From NCBI GenBank assembly GCA_047495785.1, contig JBLDXI010000001.1:2418001-2482000 (forward strand): 64,000 bases of DNA. Reading direction: 5' to 3'. The notes beneath the pieces are model-generated. The model saw nothing but the letters and a program-made list of their open reading frames with translations. It made no database searches and was not told the origin of the DNA. The DNA is from Lepidodermella squamata (Eukaryota; Animalia; Gastrotricha). The position numbers and the translations under genes were made by a program. This document shows positions 35,756 through 47,842 of this stretch, piece after piece; the stretch's first letter is position 1, and each line of letters starts with the position of its first letter.

Positions 35756-37635
35756 CTACGCGATCATTTTAAGTCCGTAAACCAAGAGTGTAACCAGTCC
35801 GCAAATAAACGAGGCAATCGCAACAACCAAATCCGCCAATCGAATGATGCGAATGGCACTATTTTTGTGGTCATTAAGCCAGACAAGTCGCTTGGCGGTG
35901 CGCATATGTGCAATCGAACACGTTGCGAGTGTGTAGATGGTAATTAACACGCAAATGACCATAAAAGCGACGACGATATTAATGAGATACACCTCGGTCG
36001 CTGTTTGAGGAATCAGGTCGAAAATCAAGGTCAACATGACTGCAATTGATAGGTTCACTGTAATGCAAAACGTCGGCCTATCCGGGTGTTTCGGGTCCAT
36101 GATCAACGCTGATATTTGAAGTAGAAATAACGAGATGGTCGGTATGAAAACATTTGAGACGTAATATTGGAATTTTCGCTTCAAAGTCAACGTCGCGGTG
36201 ATGTGGGGATACCCGCCAGCAATGCGCTTTGAAGCGTTGAAGCCGATTAGATCCCAAATTTCGTCCCCTCTCAGAATTTCGAACCCTTCCATAGCGGACA
36301 TGCTTAGGACGTTTATCTCAACTTCTTCGTTTTGATTCTCATTTTCGAACTCGAACGAGCAAGATGAAATGTCGAAGGGAAACTTGACGTAGCTGAAGCC
36401 GTAGCAGAGGGCTTGAAGTAGTCTGAAGCTGTAGATCAGAAATCTGACTCCCAATCGATGAAAGGGCTGCACTTTGATGAGCCGCTCACTATTATCCCGA
36501 AAATAAAAATAAAATAAAATGGTTAAATACTGTAACGTCTGTCAAAAGGACATCAGGGCAACCTTAGACACTTCAAATTATGTTACTTCATCATCTTCTG
36601 TTTGATCGATTTTTTAAAATCCAAAGATCATCAGAATATCTTTCAGCGGAACCACTTTTCAAAATTTGGCACCGAATGCAACATTTTCGAATATTTTTAT
36701 CAATTTATAATTATGCGGTGTTCTCAATAATTCTGAAAATTATGATGAGAATTTGTCCAGAATATCGCGAAGAATTTTTATGATTTTATGAAAAATTTGG
36801 ATTATTTACAATTAAATCAGGAAATCCCCGAGCAAAAAATATTGAAAATTCAATTCAAATTTGGTTACGCTAAAAGTAAAACAGTTCCAAAATTAGAGTC
36901 TTCGAATCTTGAAATTCAGGGGTCCGTTGAATATGCAAATGAGCTTCTAAAATCAAAGCCAAAAGTCAACCATTTTTCGGTAAAAAATGGAAAAATTTCC
37001 AAATTTTGCAGGAAATTCAGGAAAATTAGTTTTCCCAAGTTTGGGTTAATTTTTTGATTTTCAACTGATTTTTGAACTTTGAAAAAAATGGTTATGTTCA
37101 AAGTTACGGTAACAAAATAGTAAGCAAAAGACGAAATCTCACTCTCTAAGGGGTCGCGACTCAGCCATTGTGTTGATGAACTGCATGTCTGGCCACCAAA
37201 CATCCACTGCTGGAATTTCAAATTGAAGCCTATCCAGCTTTTCTTGCGAAAGGTTCTGGTAGCCAGGGTACAAAGCTGATCTTATATCTCCATCGCAAGG
37301 TATTACCCAAGAAATTCGCAAATTTACCATGGCGGTCACGCTATCATTTATTATGAAAATAAAATTGACTAAAATTCATGGTAATTTTACCTCATAGATT
37401 CGTCGCTAATGTCGTCGATTTGGCTGATTCCAACCTCGATGTAACTCTGTATGGGGTCGTTGAAATTGCCAGTTTTCAAGTGCCACTCTGTCGGCAAATT
37501 GTTCGCCAAGGCGATCGGGCATAAATTGAAGAATCTCTCCTTCATTTCACCAGTCAAAGTTGTCACGTCATGGCTGGAAATTTCCGGGAAGAATGAGCTC
37601 AGAAGCAGCTGAGATACTATGAGAAAAGCAGCCAT
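35756..37635 (-). CDS. Divergent Cys-loop ligand-gated ion channel subunit, paralogue of 26890-28200
   Basis: Same exon structure. Motifs NLPTEWHL, VWWPDMQF, CYGFSYVKFPFDISSC and MDPKHPDRPTFCITVNL. Confidence 0.88.
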
Positions 37636-38381
37636 TTCAAAAATATGAATATTCGACTAGAGTTTCGTGTTTGTTCCGCCCGAGAGACGGTTTTTTAATT
37701 TGCATGACGAGTAAGAAAAATCGATAAGGTTCAAGACAAAAATTTCTCTGTGAATCTTCGCTTTGTTTGAACAGAACGGGGTGTTTTGATTAAAAGTAAA
37801 TGATTTTTCGGGCGTGGTAAATACTCCGGAATCGCTACCGTTTTTCACTGATATAGAAGATACACTGGTTTATTTGATTAACAAAAAACAAGGAGAAAAA
37901 TCAATTTCCGACAATTTCTTGCTGCGTCAGGAAATGGCGGAAATAAAAATATAGCTTGGCGATTCTTATGAAATTGCAGGAATTACTTCAAAAATGTCGA
38001 AAATTTATTGAAACTCATGGGAAAAAATTCGGGCTGCTGTTCCGATAATACCGAGTAAGTGTAACCACGGGGAAAAATTGAACAAAATTCAAGCAACACA
38101 CCTATGGTAGAATTTACATTAGGGGCTATTATGCTGAAGTGTTTGGTGAACGTAAACTCAGCCCTCTTAGAATGTAGTAAAATGCTAACGCTAAATTACA
38201 CAAGTAACATTTTGTTCGGTGCGTCGCATTAAAAAACTTCAATTGTATGAGAGTTAATACACGCTTTCCGGCAAACAGTATTGTTCTACTTCTCATTTTC
38301 AAGGTGGAATAGACATCACAGCATCACATGGAAAGTCCTGCAAAATCATTGACATTTCAGCCGTGAAAGAATTGGCCAACG

Positions 38382-40605
38382 ATGCGACGGCCCGGCTGGC
38401 ATGTGGCTTCGAAAAAATGGGAAATTTACGGCATCGTGATGACTATTTTGCTGCTAACTATTCTCTGGAAAGATTATTTTATGCAACGAAAAGGTTACAA
38501 TTTAGTCTCCACCTCTTCCTTTGGTTCGAAGGAATCTGGTTATCTAGACGATGTTCAATGTGACCCTGCCGAGTACTATTATGTCAGCCAGGATGAGTTG
38601 AAGAAAATGGACCCGAAATCCCAATTCGCAGCTTGTCGTCAACTCCTCGATGCAGAAATGCATTGCACAACCGGAAACGACAACGCCAGCAAAATTGCGT
38701 ACTTCTCAAAGAATCAATTTCCGATTCCTTTCAACGTTTTCGTTTCGAAAGGTCGGAATGACGCTGCGGAGGACGATCCGTGGTACGTTTACGTCATAGT
38801 CATGCTGTACGGAACTTGTTACGAGGATGTTTGGATAGAAGATGGCTGCCGAAATGGGAATCTTCGCCTTCCTGGTGAGTATTCGCAATGGTCTTACGAC
38901 ACTCGGTGGCGAGCTGGCTTGTTGTTCGAGGACAACAGACAAGTTTATCAGGAGTGTCAACCTGTGCTCGACGAAAATGGCAAGGGTGATGAAGTGGGCG
39001 ACAACGATTCAGGATGGGTCATCACTTTAAAGTGTAAACTTCCAAAAAGTAGCAACAAGGTACAAGCTATTCTGACTGTTAACAAGTGAAAAGTTGGGTT
39101 TGGCGCATTTTTTCTATTTTCTTTCAAAAGTGTGGGACGATTCTTGGATTCCTAGATGTTCCTACTCAGTCTTCCTTGAGAATTTCGAATTTGCAAAATT
39201 TAGAAATCTTGTAGGCTCCCATCCACCTCAAAAGATGGGAGACCCTAAAGTTTCGCCGGAAAAGCTTATCGGTTCAGGCTGAAGTAGAAGCACGAGCTTG
39301 ATTCCATCAAAAAAAATTAATATCTGGCGGGATTCCTCACCTTAGGTTACCCTAACAAAATTTCGAGTGCGCATAAGAAAATAACATCAGAATTCATTGC
39401 GCGACGAATTATTAATTGATGCAATAATAATTAAAACTTTTAAGCGCGCGTTTTCAAAATTAGAACCCGTAAAATTTGAAGCCCATTTTCTCAGCAACTC
39501 TGATGGCTATCAGCCTCTTTTTGATATCGTTCGATTCCTCGCTCATTGATCTTGAAAGCGGCATCAAAATCTCACGATTTCGAAAATTTTGCCGAACCTC
39601 ACTTTTCAGTTGATAACGGTTCTATATTGGATATCTCTTTAATATTGAAAAATTGAGTAGGACGACCTTCGAAGAGTGACTGTTCAAGGCTTCGACAAAA
39701 CTGATGGCACCATGACACTTACAAGTTCGAACTTGCGAGTATGCAATCACGACAAGGTCATTCCTAATCGACTGAAACTGGCATCTTGCACGCTGATTGA
39801 CAATAGCCATCCATTCCACCATGTCATCGAATGGATCGAGTATCATCAACTACTTGGGATTCAACACTTTGTTTTTTATGTCAACGAACCGCCGGCTAGA
39901 TATAGCGAATTCGCCGCCTTGTTCAAAAAGCATGGTTATGACGACTTGGTCACCTTAGTGCCGATGTATGTCGCATTTCCAACGTTACCTAAAGCGAGCG
40001 GATTCTTCCTACAGGCAGCTATCAACCATGAATGCTTCTACCGAATGAAAGTAAGTTCGATATTAAAGAAAAGGCTATACAATTGCCTGTTTGAATATCC
40101 CAAGGATCGAACTGACTGGTTGGCAGTTATGGACGTCGACGAGTTCTTTCAGGTCTACGAAAGTCCGAATCTAGCTGATTTTGTCGAGCAGACACGTCAT
40201 GACATGCCAGATGTTGGTGCCATTATGTTTAAGGCTTGGTATTTTGGCCCTGGGAACGAAACTTACGATGTTTCATCAGAAAAACCGGGATTGAAAATCG
40301 CTGATTTGACCCTCCGGATGGATTCTTTCATCGAAAACGGCCGGGAGAAGAACATATTTCGGACGGATAAAGCTCTGTACATGACGATTCACCACTTGTC
40401 GGCCGGCGGGAGAGTTCACATTGTGGATGCGGTTAAAACAGGCCGTTTAGTACATTATCGCATTCCGACTATGTACTTCTTTGACGAGGAGCAATTTTAC
40501 GGCAAGCTGAAAATCGATAATTCTATGGCGGAGAAATTTGGCGAATCTGTGAAACGGAGAATGATGGATAGAGGCGTGAATCTTCAGCTAGATGCGAATT
40601 TCTGA
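38382..40605 (+). CDS. Glycosyltransferase family 92 (DUF23) protein, copy 2
   Basis: Close paralogue of 33418-35077. Intron 1 is enlarged by a MITE. Confidence 0.85.
39074..39621. mobile_element. MITE family 1, copy 3, in GT92 intron 1
   Basis: GACTGTTAACAAGTGAAAAG..CTTTTCAGTTGATAACGGT, homologous to copies 1 and 2. Absent from the matching intron of GT92 copy 1. Confidence 0.85.
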
Positions 40606-40823
40606 AATTCAAAAAAAACGAGAAAAAACATTCCGGATATGGCAGTGAAGCCGACATTTCAGCCACGACAATTTGGCGAAAATTCAGCATTCAGCTTCAA
40701 TTGGCAATTCAATTTTCAAAGCGTTTCCCCATCATATTATTGTTATCAACTGTGATAAAAGATGAATTTTCCAGAAATATATATTTATTATTTTTGTGCC
40801 ATAAAAATAACAATTTGAAATTT

Positions 40824-43800
40824 TCATTTTTCGGCGAGAGCAGATTTTAACATTTCCGAAATCGATTCATTTTCGGAAGGAGTCGAATTTATCGAAGCTT
40901 TGATCAAAGCAGTACGTTCGTCTTGACTGACGGCTAAATTGGGACATTCCAGCAAAAATGCCACAATATCCTCATTTTCATTCGAACAAGCCAAATGCAA
41001 AGCATGCACGCCATCTTTTGTCCTCGTCGATATGGCGGCGCTATTCCGAGAGTAGAGCATCTTCAAAATTTCGAACTTACCCTCACTCACCGCGAATAAA
41101 AACGGTGTTTTCCCGGTAGCATTATCGGTTTGATCAATCAGCTGCGGATAGCGATCGGCGAGAAATTGAGCAATCTCTAAATGATTATTTCGCACGGCTA
41201 TTGTTAGATTGTTACAACCATTTACGTCCTGCAACTTCGCGACTTCACTCGGTGATTTTGAATGAAGAAATTTCACGATTTCAATAGAGCCGGATCGACA
41301 CGCATAAGTGAACGCTGTTTGGCCTGATTTGTTCCGAGGTGCGAAATCATCCGGTTGTAGTTTAGCCGCTAGAAATTTGACTATCCCAACATCGCCATTA
41401 CCAGAAGCAGCCATTAAAGGAGTGAAGCCGGCCGAATTCGGTAGATTGATCGATTCAGGCCATCGATCTAGCAGCAGTTCGACCAGTTGTTGCAGGCCAC
41501 TTTCCAAGGCAAATAAAATAGCTGTTTGGCCTTTTTTATCTACAACCTTAACGGTATCGGGCGATTTTTCGCATAAATATGCGCAAATTTCAAAATGGCC
41601 CTTTTCCGCAGCTGCCATTAAGGCGGATTTTCCATTTTTATCGACTTGATTAACCAGATCCGAATTTTTCGCGAAAAATAACTGAACAAGAGGTAAATGG
41701 CCATTTTCAGCGGCTAGGTATGGGCTATTCGCCCCGTTCGAATCGACCGATCTCAACATTTCAGGGCAATTTTCGAGGAAAAATTCCGCAAGTGGAAAAT
41801 GGCCGTTTTTAGCCGCGTGCATTAGGCAATTCTGCTGTTTCGCATCGACCAATTTAGCCGCCTGATTGTTTTCTTTGAACAGCCAAGTGGCGATGTCGAG
41901 ATGCCCGCCGATCGTAGCATGACTCATCGCAGTTAATCCATCTGAATCTTGAAGTGAAGCTGAGTCAGGCTGCGATTTATATAGCTCGCGAACTATTTCG
42001 AAATGGCCATTCATCGCCGCGTAAATCAGCGGCGTTTCGCCGAAAAAGTCTTGCAGAGCAATCAAGGTGCGATCGATTTTCGGTAGGAGAAATCGAACAA
42101 TTTCAACATGGCCGTTTTCCGCCGCGTAGCTCAAAGCACTTCGTCGTTCGAAGTCCAATAAATCGACGCATTTTGGGCTCGATTTCGATAGAAATTCAAC
42201 AATTTCACGATGGCCGTTTTTCGACGCGTAAATTAAAGCTGTTCGGCCTTCTACGCCCTCTCGGCAGATCGATTCGCCACGGTTCGGTGATTTTTCGAGT
42301 AATTTCTGTAAAATTTCGAATTTTCCCAACCTAGCTGCGATGATTAGAGCTGAATCTATGCAGTTTTCCTCGCAACTATCAGCCGTAATTTCTGCAATTT
42401 TTCCGGAATTTTCTAGAATTATTTGAATAATTCTGTTGTTAGGTGTTTGATTCGCCAGCCATTTCTCCTCGTCATACTCGAATTTCCAGGGGTTAATTAA
42501 CCGCTTAATAGGCTTCCTTTCGTCGAAATAAGCCGCTCCTCCGTCGTAGATTTCAAAAATCAGCGAATAATTCTTCACCGGATGCTTTTCGCGAAGAATC
42601 GAGATGAAATTCAAATTTTCAGCTTTCAGCTTCGTCAGCAGTTTCGCAACCAGCCGATACGAATGATTGACCCCGCCATACATTCGCTTGACATCTTTCG
42701 ACGTGACATTATCGTCCCATTCAGCGTTGTAAAGATGATGAAGCAAAGTCGCGCCATTCGTCAATTCCTTCGATTTTGAACCGAAAATCTCCAATAATTC
42801 ACAGCCACGTAAATTTCGAATTATTCGCTCGAGTAAAATTCGACTCTGGTGTTTTACCGCCTCGCAAATTATCGAAATTCGATTAATTGATGGGTTCTTA
42901 GTTTGAACGACAAACATTTCTCCAGTTAAAATTTTAAGGCGGATAAAATTCAAAAATTCGTGATAATCCGTTGTAGCTTCGTCGATTTTGTACTGTTTCC
43001 TGGAAATTTCCAACGCAGCTTCGTGAAGTAATTGATGAACAACGAAACGAAGACCTTCCTCAGCTGAATCGTTGGTTGATTTCGAAAATTTTCTCGCCAA
43101 GCATTTTTTCTCGAACATATTGCACAAAGCGGCGCCTTTAATTTTGAAATCACTGCCGGTAAAGCCCCACAAAATTGCGAGATCTTCGACTGGAACAGGT
43201 TCGGCTGGTTCGAAAAATAGGAAGGCTAAATAACTTTGCCGTAATTTCGGCTCCAATCTCGAGACTCCAAGCTCGAAAGCTTGCATCAAGGCTCCGAGCT
43301 GGTTATTGTCTATATCTGCCGCCAAACTGCTGATTTTTTCGTTCATAATCGCTTGAAATTCGCCGTCAATGTCCCAACATTCTTCGAATCTAGCCGCGAT
43401 AAGACTCGCAATCAGCGGTAGCCGGCAGCTTCGTTTCGCTAATTCGTCGATTTTCGAATGGCTTAATTTGTTTGATAATTCAAAAGTTTTCGCCAGCATT
43501 CGGGCGATTTCGCCGTCGGTCATTTCTTCGATGGCGTGGATTTTCCGGACGACTCGGCGCGCTGCCAAATCACGAGCTATCGCCAAGTATGCAGCATTCG
43601 GGCACTGTTTAAAGATTGATTCGAGAATTTTCGGGTTGTAAACGTCGTCCAATATGAAAATCAGCCGCCGTTCTAGTTTACTTTCAATAAAATCGACAGC
43701 GCTGTCGAGTTCAAAAAATTTCGTTGCCGAATCTCCGATTGCTTTCTGAGTTAGATTGAGCAGTTTTGAGGTAAAGGCTTGTTCCGCCGTTGAGTCGAAC

Positions 43801-44895
43801 GCGTTTGGGTCGTGCCATTCGAAACAATTTAGCCAGATTGCAATGCTGATTTGGCACTCGCGTTGGAGAAATTCTTGATGGGTATCGTCCATAAAAAGTC
43901 GAGCGATTAGGCTGGTTTTGCCACTCCCACCCCCTCCAGTTACAACCACAATTCCTATCACAGAGAAAAAATCGTATCTGTTATCCAGTAAGCCCAATAA
44001 TTGGGTAAAAGGGTCTGATCTACAATATTCTACAAATTTTAAAAAATTTAGTAAATTTTAAAAAATTAAATTTTGAATTTTAAAATTTTGGTACCTAAAT
44101 ATAATTTTTGAAAAATTAAATTTTGAATTGAAAAATCTGCTAAAATTGAATTATCCCCAAATAAGATCCACTGAAACTCCAGTGAATTTTTTTATTTTTT
44201 TCCAATTTTCTAAAAATTGTTCAAATTTTTTTTTTAAATTAATGCTAAGTCACATACCATCTTTTGGCTTGGCTGAAATTTTTTTGATTTCTTCCAGAAT
44301 TTTATCTTCCTCGTCCTTTCGAGGGAAGTATCTCGCAAAACATGGGACATCGATCGATTTAAATTTGAAAATGTGTCTATTATGTTGAACTGAGCTGGGC
44401 CGGTTCGATTGATCTTCGGATGAATCAGGCCTCGCGCCTCCGAGTAGCAGCTGAATTTGTTGAAGAATCATCACCGCAGACCGGTCAAAGTCGGTGTCTT
44501 CGGAAAAATCGACCCAAAGCCTAGGGCCTAGAACCATACCGAGCCAGCCATTCACTGCGGTGCTTTTCTGAACTCGAATCGGGAGTAGATTTTTCTTCTG
44601 CATAGCTGCGTATTCAGCCTCACGCTTGCAATTTTCACTTGATTTGTAGTCATCGGAGAAAAATATTAGAACCAGGTCTGATTGATCGATTCCCTATTCG
44701 AAAAATCAAAGGATGCAAATCTCGAGAAATTAAAAGGATTATTTTTACGTTTGCCATAGCTTCAAGTGTGGAACCAGCCATTTCATTCGTATCTATCCAT
44801 ACGTTGTAGCCTTTTGTGGCTAAAAATTCAGCCATTTTTCGGACATTTTCGACTCGTTGTTTCCAACTGTAGCTGATGAAAAGCTTGGCTGACAT
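40824..44895 (-). CDS. TIR - NB-ARC (STAND ATPase) - ankyrin repeat protein, NLR-like, 3 exons
   Basis: TIR motifs LFISYSW, VWID, FSDDYKSSENCKREAEYA and GWLG. NB-ARC motifs Walker A GGGGSGKT, Walker B IFILDDV, RLPLIA and VHQLLH. About 14-15 ankyrin repeats. Both introns join in frame. Confidence 0.9.
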
Positions 44896-46423
44896 TTCGG
44901 CTCAAGATGGATTGTAATTTATCATCGGCAAATTGGTCTTTTTTGGCTATATTTTGCAGTAGTTCTGTCAGCTGAATAGCCTGCCATAATCCATACTACT
45001 ACTACGTGTTGTTTATGCAAATGCCATTGCTTATTCATCACTAGGATACCGCATGATTAATTCATAAAATAAAACGCATGCTTTGCAATTTCAGCTATTG
45101 ACTATTGACCGGCAGCTGCTCGGAGGCGATTGAAAATTAATTTTTCAATTTTTTTTAAATAATAGGTATAATAGTAGTATTAGCTAACATGACCCATATA
45201 AATTGCAACTGAACTGATAATATTTTTTCAATATTTTAATTGAGCTCATTTATCGAGTCTTTGCCCTCTCAAAGTTTCATGAATTCATCTTTCTTGGTTC
45301 CGAAGCACCATAAACAGCTGAAACACGAGCGAGAATATAATATGAGTGAAATATTTGATCAGGAGACTTGGTGCATGAGTTTTGTACTCATATGTACGCG
45401 TTCATCTCAAGCTTTCATCGGTGTGGTGTTAGCTGCAGTACAAATGTATAAGGTCGTTTCAAATAAAGACCAACTCGAGCGTGTTTAAAACTTAACTGCG
45501 TTACTCGTGGTATAAGTATAGCTCACGATTCTTAACCATTTTTCGAATAAAAATATGCTGCAAAACGCCGTTTCCCTCCTTATGATTTTGATGGTATAAA
45601 GCTGATTTTTCTAGCTAATTTGTATCTTTTTTATCTCGTCTTTTCGCACAGGTTGTAGCGACAATTATCGGAATTTCTCCCGTCACAGGCGAGCTACAAC
45701 AGCCTAGTAAGGATGCGGAATTCTGCCTGTGGGAAGACGGCAAATGGGTCTGCAGGAACGAGTTGTAACAATAAAATCGAGCAGAATTGCTTAAATTATT
45801 GCTTCAATGAGCATGGCTCGAAAAATCCTTGGAACAGAACTCAGAAATTTTCAAATAAAAATGAAAAAATCCGACTTCAAAAGCTCAATCGTGAGAGTTG
45901 TTTGAAAATTCTCAGCAAAATATTTGTTGTAATTTACAAGTTATTCAATTTTTTTATTTTTTTCCTGAAGTCGATTCGAGTTTATTAGAAATGTTTAGGT
46001 TAAATAATGCCGGGCTTAAGTTCCGCAAACATGACCGACGCCTATACTGCTTGGCTTATAAATAGCAGCAGCTGAAACTCCATCACCATCATCATCATCA
46101 TCATCATGTAATCATCAACACTGTTGACCGCACATATTTGTCGCCGGTGAGTGTAGGCGCACGCTCAACAACCGGAAATACAGCCCGCGTTCGGCGTCAA
46201 AAATTATACCCACACTAATAACAATAATAATAATAATAATAAGTATCGAAAATAAATGAGCAAAGTGTAAAATCACTATGGACGCTGCAAGCACACACTC
46301 GTAAACAAAGCGCCAATTATATACCTATATGAAATGAACTTCGTTTTATTTCCCTTGAAATTTCAATATACAACATTTTAGCTCCCTTGTGTTGCCGATC
46401 ATGAGATATTAATTTTGCACTCG

Positions 46424-46778
46424 ATTCAAATCCTGCGCATATATAGTTTTTTCATCCGCATGATAAGCCGACAGAAAAAATGCGAAGGTGAGTACATTTT
46501 TGCGTAATATCGTTAACGTCGTTGAAAAACTCGAATTCCGGCTCAGTTTCAAGGTGACAGATGACAAGTTAAAAGTGGCGTTTTTTGGCGTTGTTAAATG
46601 AAGCGGCAAAAACAAATGACTATTAACTTGTCTACCTGTCACCTTGAAACTGACGTAAACAAATTAAGCCAGAATCCGAGATTTTAACGATATTACGCAA
46701 AAAATTGCACTCACCTTCGAATTTTTTCTGTCGGCTAATCTTGCGGATGAAAAAACTAGATATGCGCAGGATTTGAAT
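46424..46778. mobile_element. Palindromic (foldback/MITE-like) element
   Basis: ATTCAAATCCTGCGCATAT.. pairs with ..ATATGCGCAGGATTTGAAT. The inverted arms extend over most of the 355 bp. Confidence 0.8.
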
Positions 46779-47842
46779 TTAATTCCTTCCTCACCGGTGC
46801 ATTTGCAATTTTATTGTACCGCGCCCAATAACTTGTTGCCGTATTATTATTATTAATATTTTTAAGGTGGTATTTTGTTTATTTTGATTTAGAAAGTTGG
46901 AAATATTCGCGCGTTATTATTTATAGCCGACAGATGTCGTGCGATAAACACACCGCAGATTTTAAGGCGGATGTGCGCAAAAAGCTGTGATGCAGCGCGT
47001 CGAATTAATTGTCAATTTGCACCGGTCAGCGGGCGGTAAAAAGCGTAACTACACTGAGACCGCGGGCATTTCAGCGTTTTCGGGCATGTGCGCGCGCGCT
47101 GGGCGGGGGTGACTCGCAAGGTGCGCACAAGGCCACGTCACGCAAATAAACAAATAAATAAACAAACACGCAACAAATTTGCGCGCGTGTAAAACCGCGC
47201 GCGCTCGTGTATAAATATTATAAGACACTAGTTTTACTTAATACCTATACACAAAAAATCAATCGATAACCTCGAGCGCGCGCCGAAATTTTGCGAATGC
47301 GCTTCGCTGGCCAAGTAAGTATGTATCTAGGAGCAAAAGATGCAAAAATTGGCCTTGTAAAAACACGGTAAACGATTACAATATTTTATTATTATACTTT
47401 AGCATTATCATCATTACAAATTCGCGTTTTTAGCCGCGCGCAAAATAGTGAGCGCGTATGTGTGTGTGCGCGCGCAAATGAGAACAATATAATAAGCGAT
47501 ATACCAGCATCAGCAGTTATTATAGGCTGTGCAATAAAAAGTGGCGATGGGCCTTTTTCCGAATAATATAACAAATAATAGCCCTCTCAAGACCACCACT
47601 GTCGACACAAATTATTGTTATTGTCGTTTGGACCGGTGGGCCCGGCGGCGAAATTAAGGCGCGCATTGAATTTTTTCGCCCTAATAGTCACGCCACAATG
47701 CCCGGTTGACTGCATTCATTAGTGTTGTAGGCAGGTAGAGCGCGGTGAAAAATTAAATTTTCGAGCTTGTTTACTCAGCGAAAAACGCTTTGTAACTAAC
47801 AACCTGACATTTTTCTATTTTTAGACTAGACGCAAAACAGTT

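Noticed and set aside
40824-44895. Bacterial contamination or anti-phage locus as the source of the TIR-STAND gene
   Set aside because: It has spliceosomal introns and is contiguous with intron-containing animal genes. Ancient HGT is not excluded.
45651-45704. GTTGTAGC..GCTACAAC hairpin as a pre-miRNA
   Set aside because: Only about 8 contiguous base pairs with a large irregular interior.
46081-46241. (CAT)n and (AAT)n tracts
   Set aside because: Ordinary microsatellites with no coding context.
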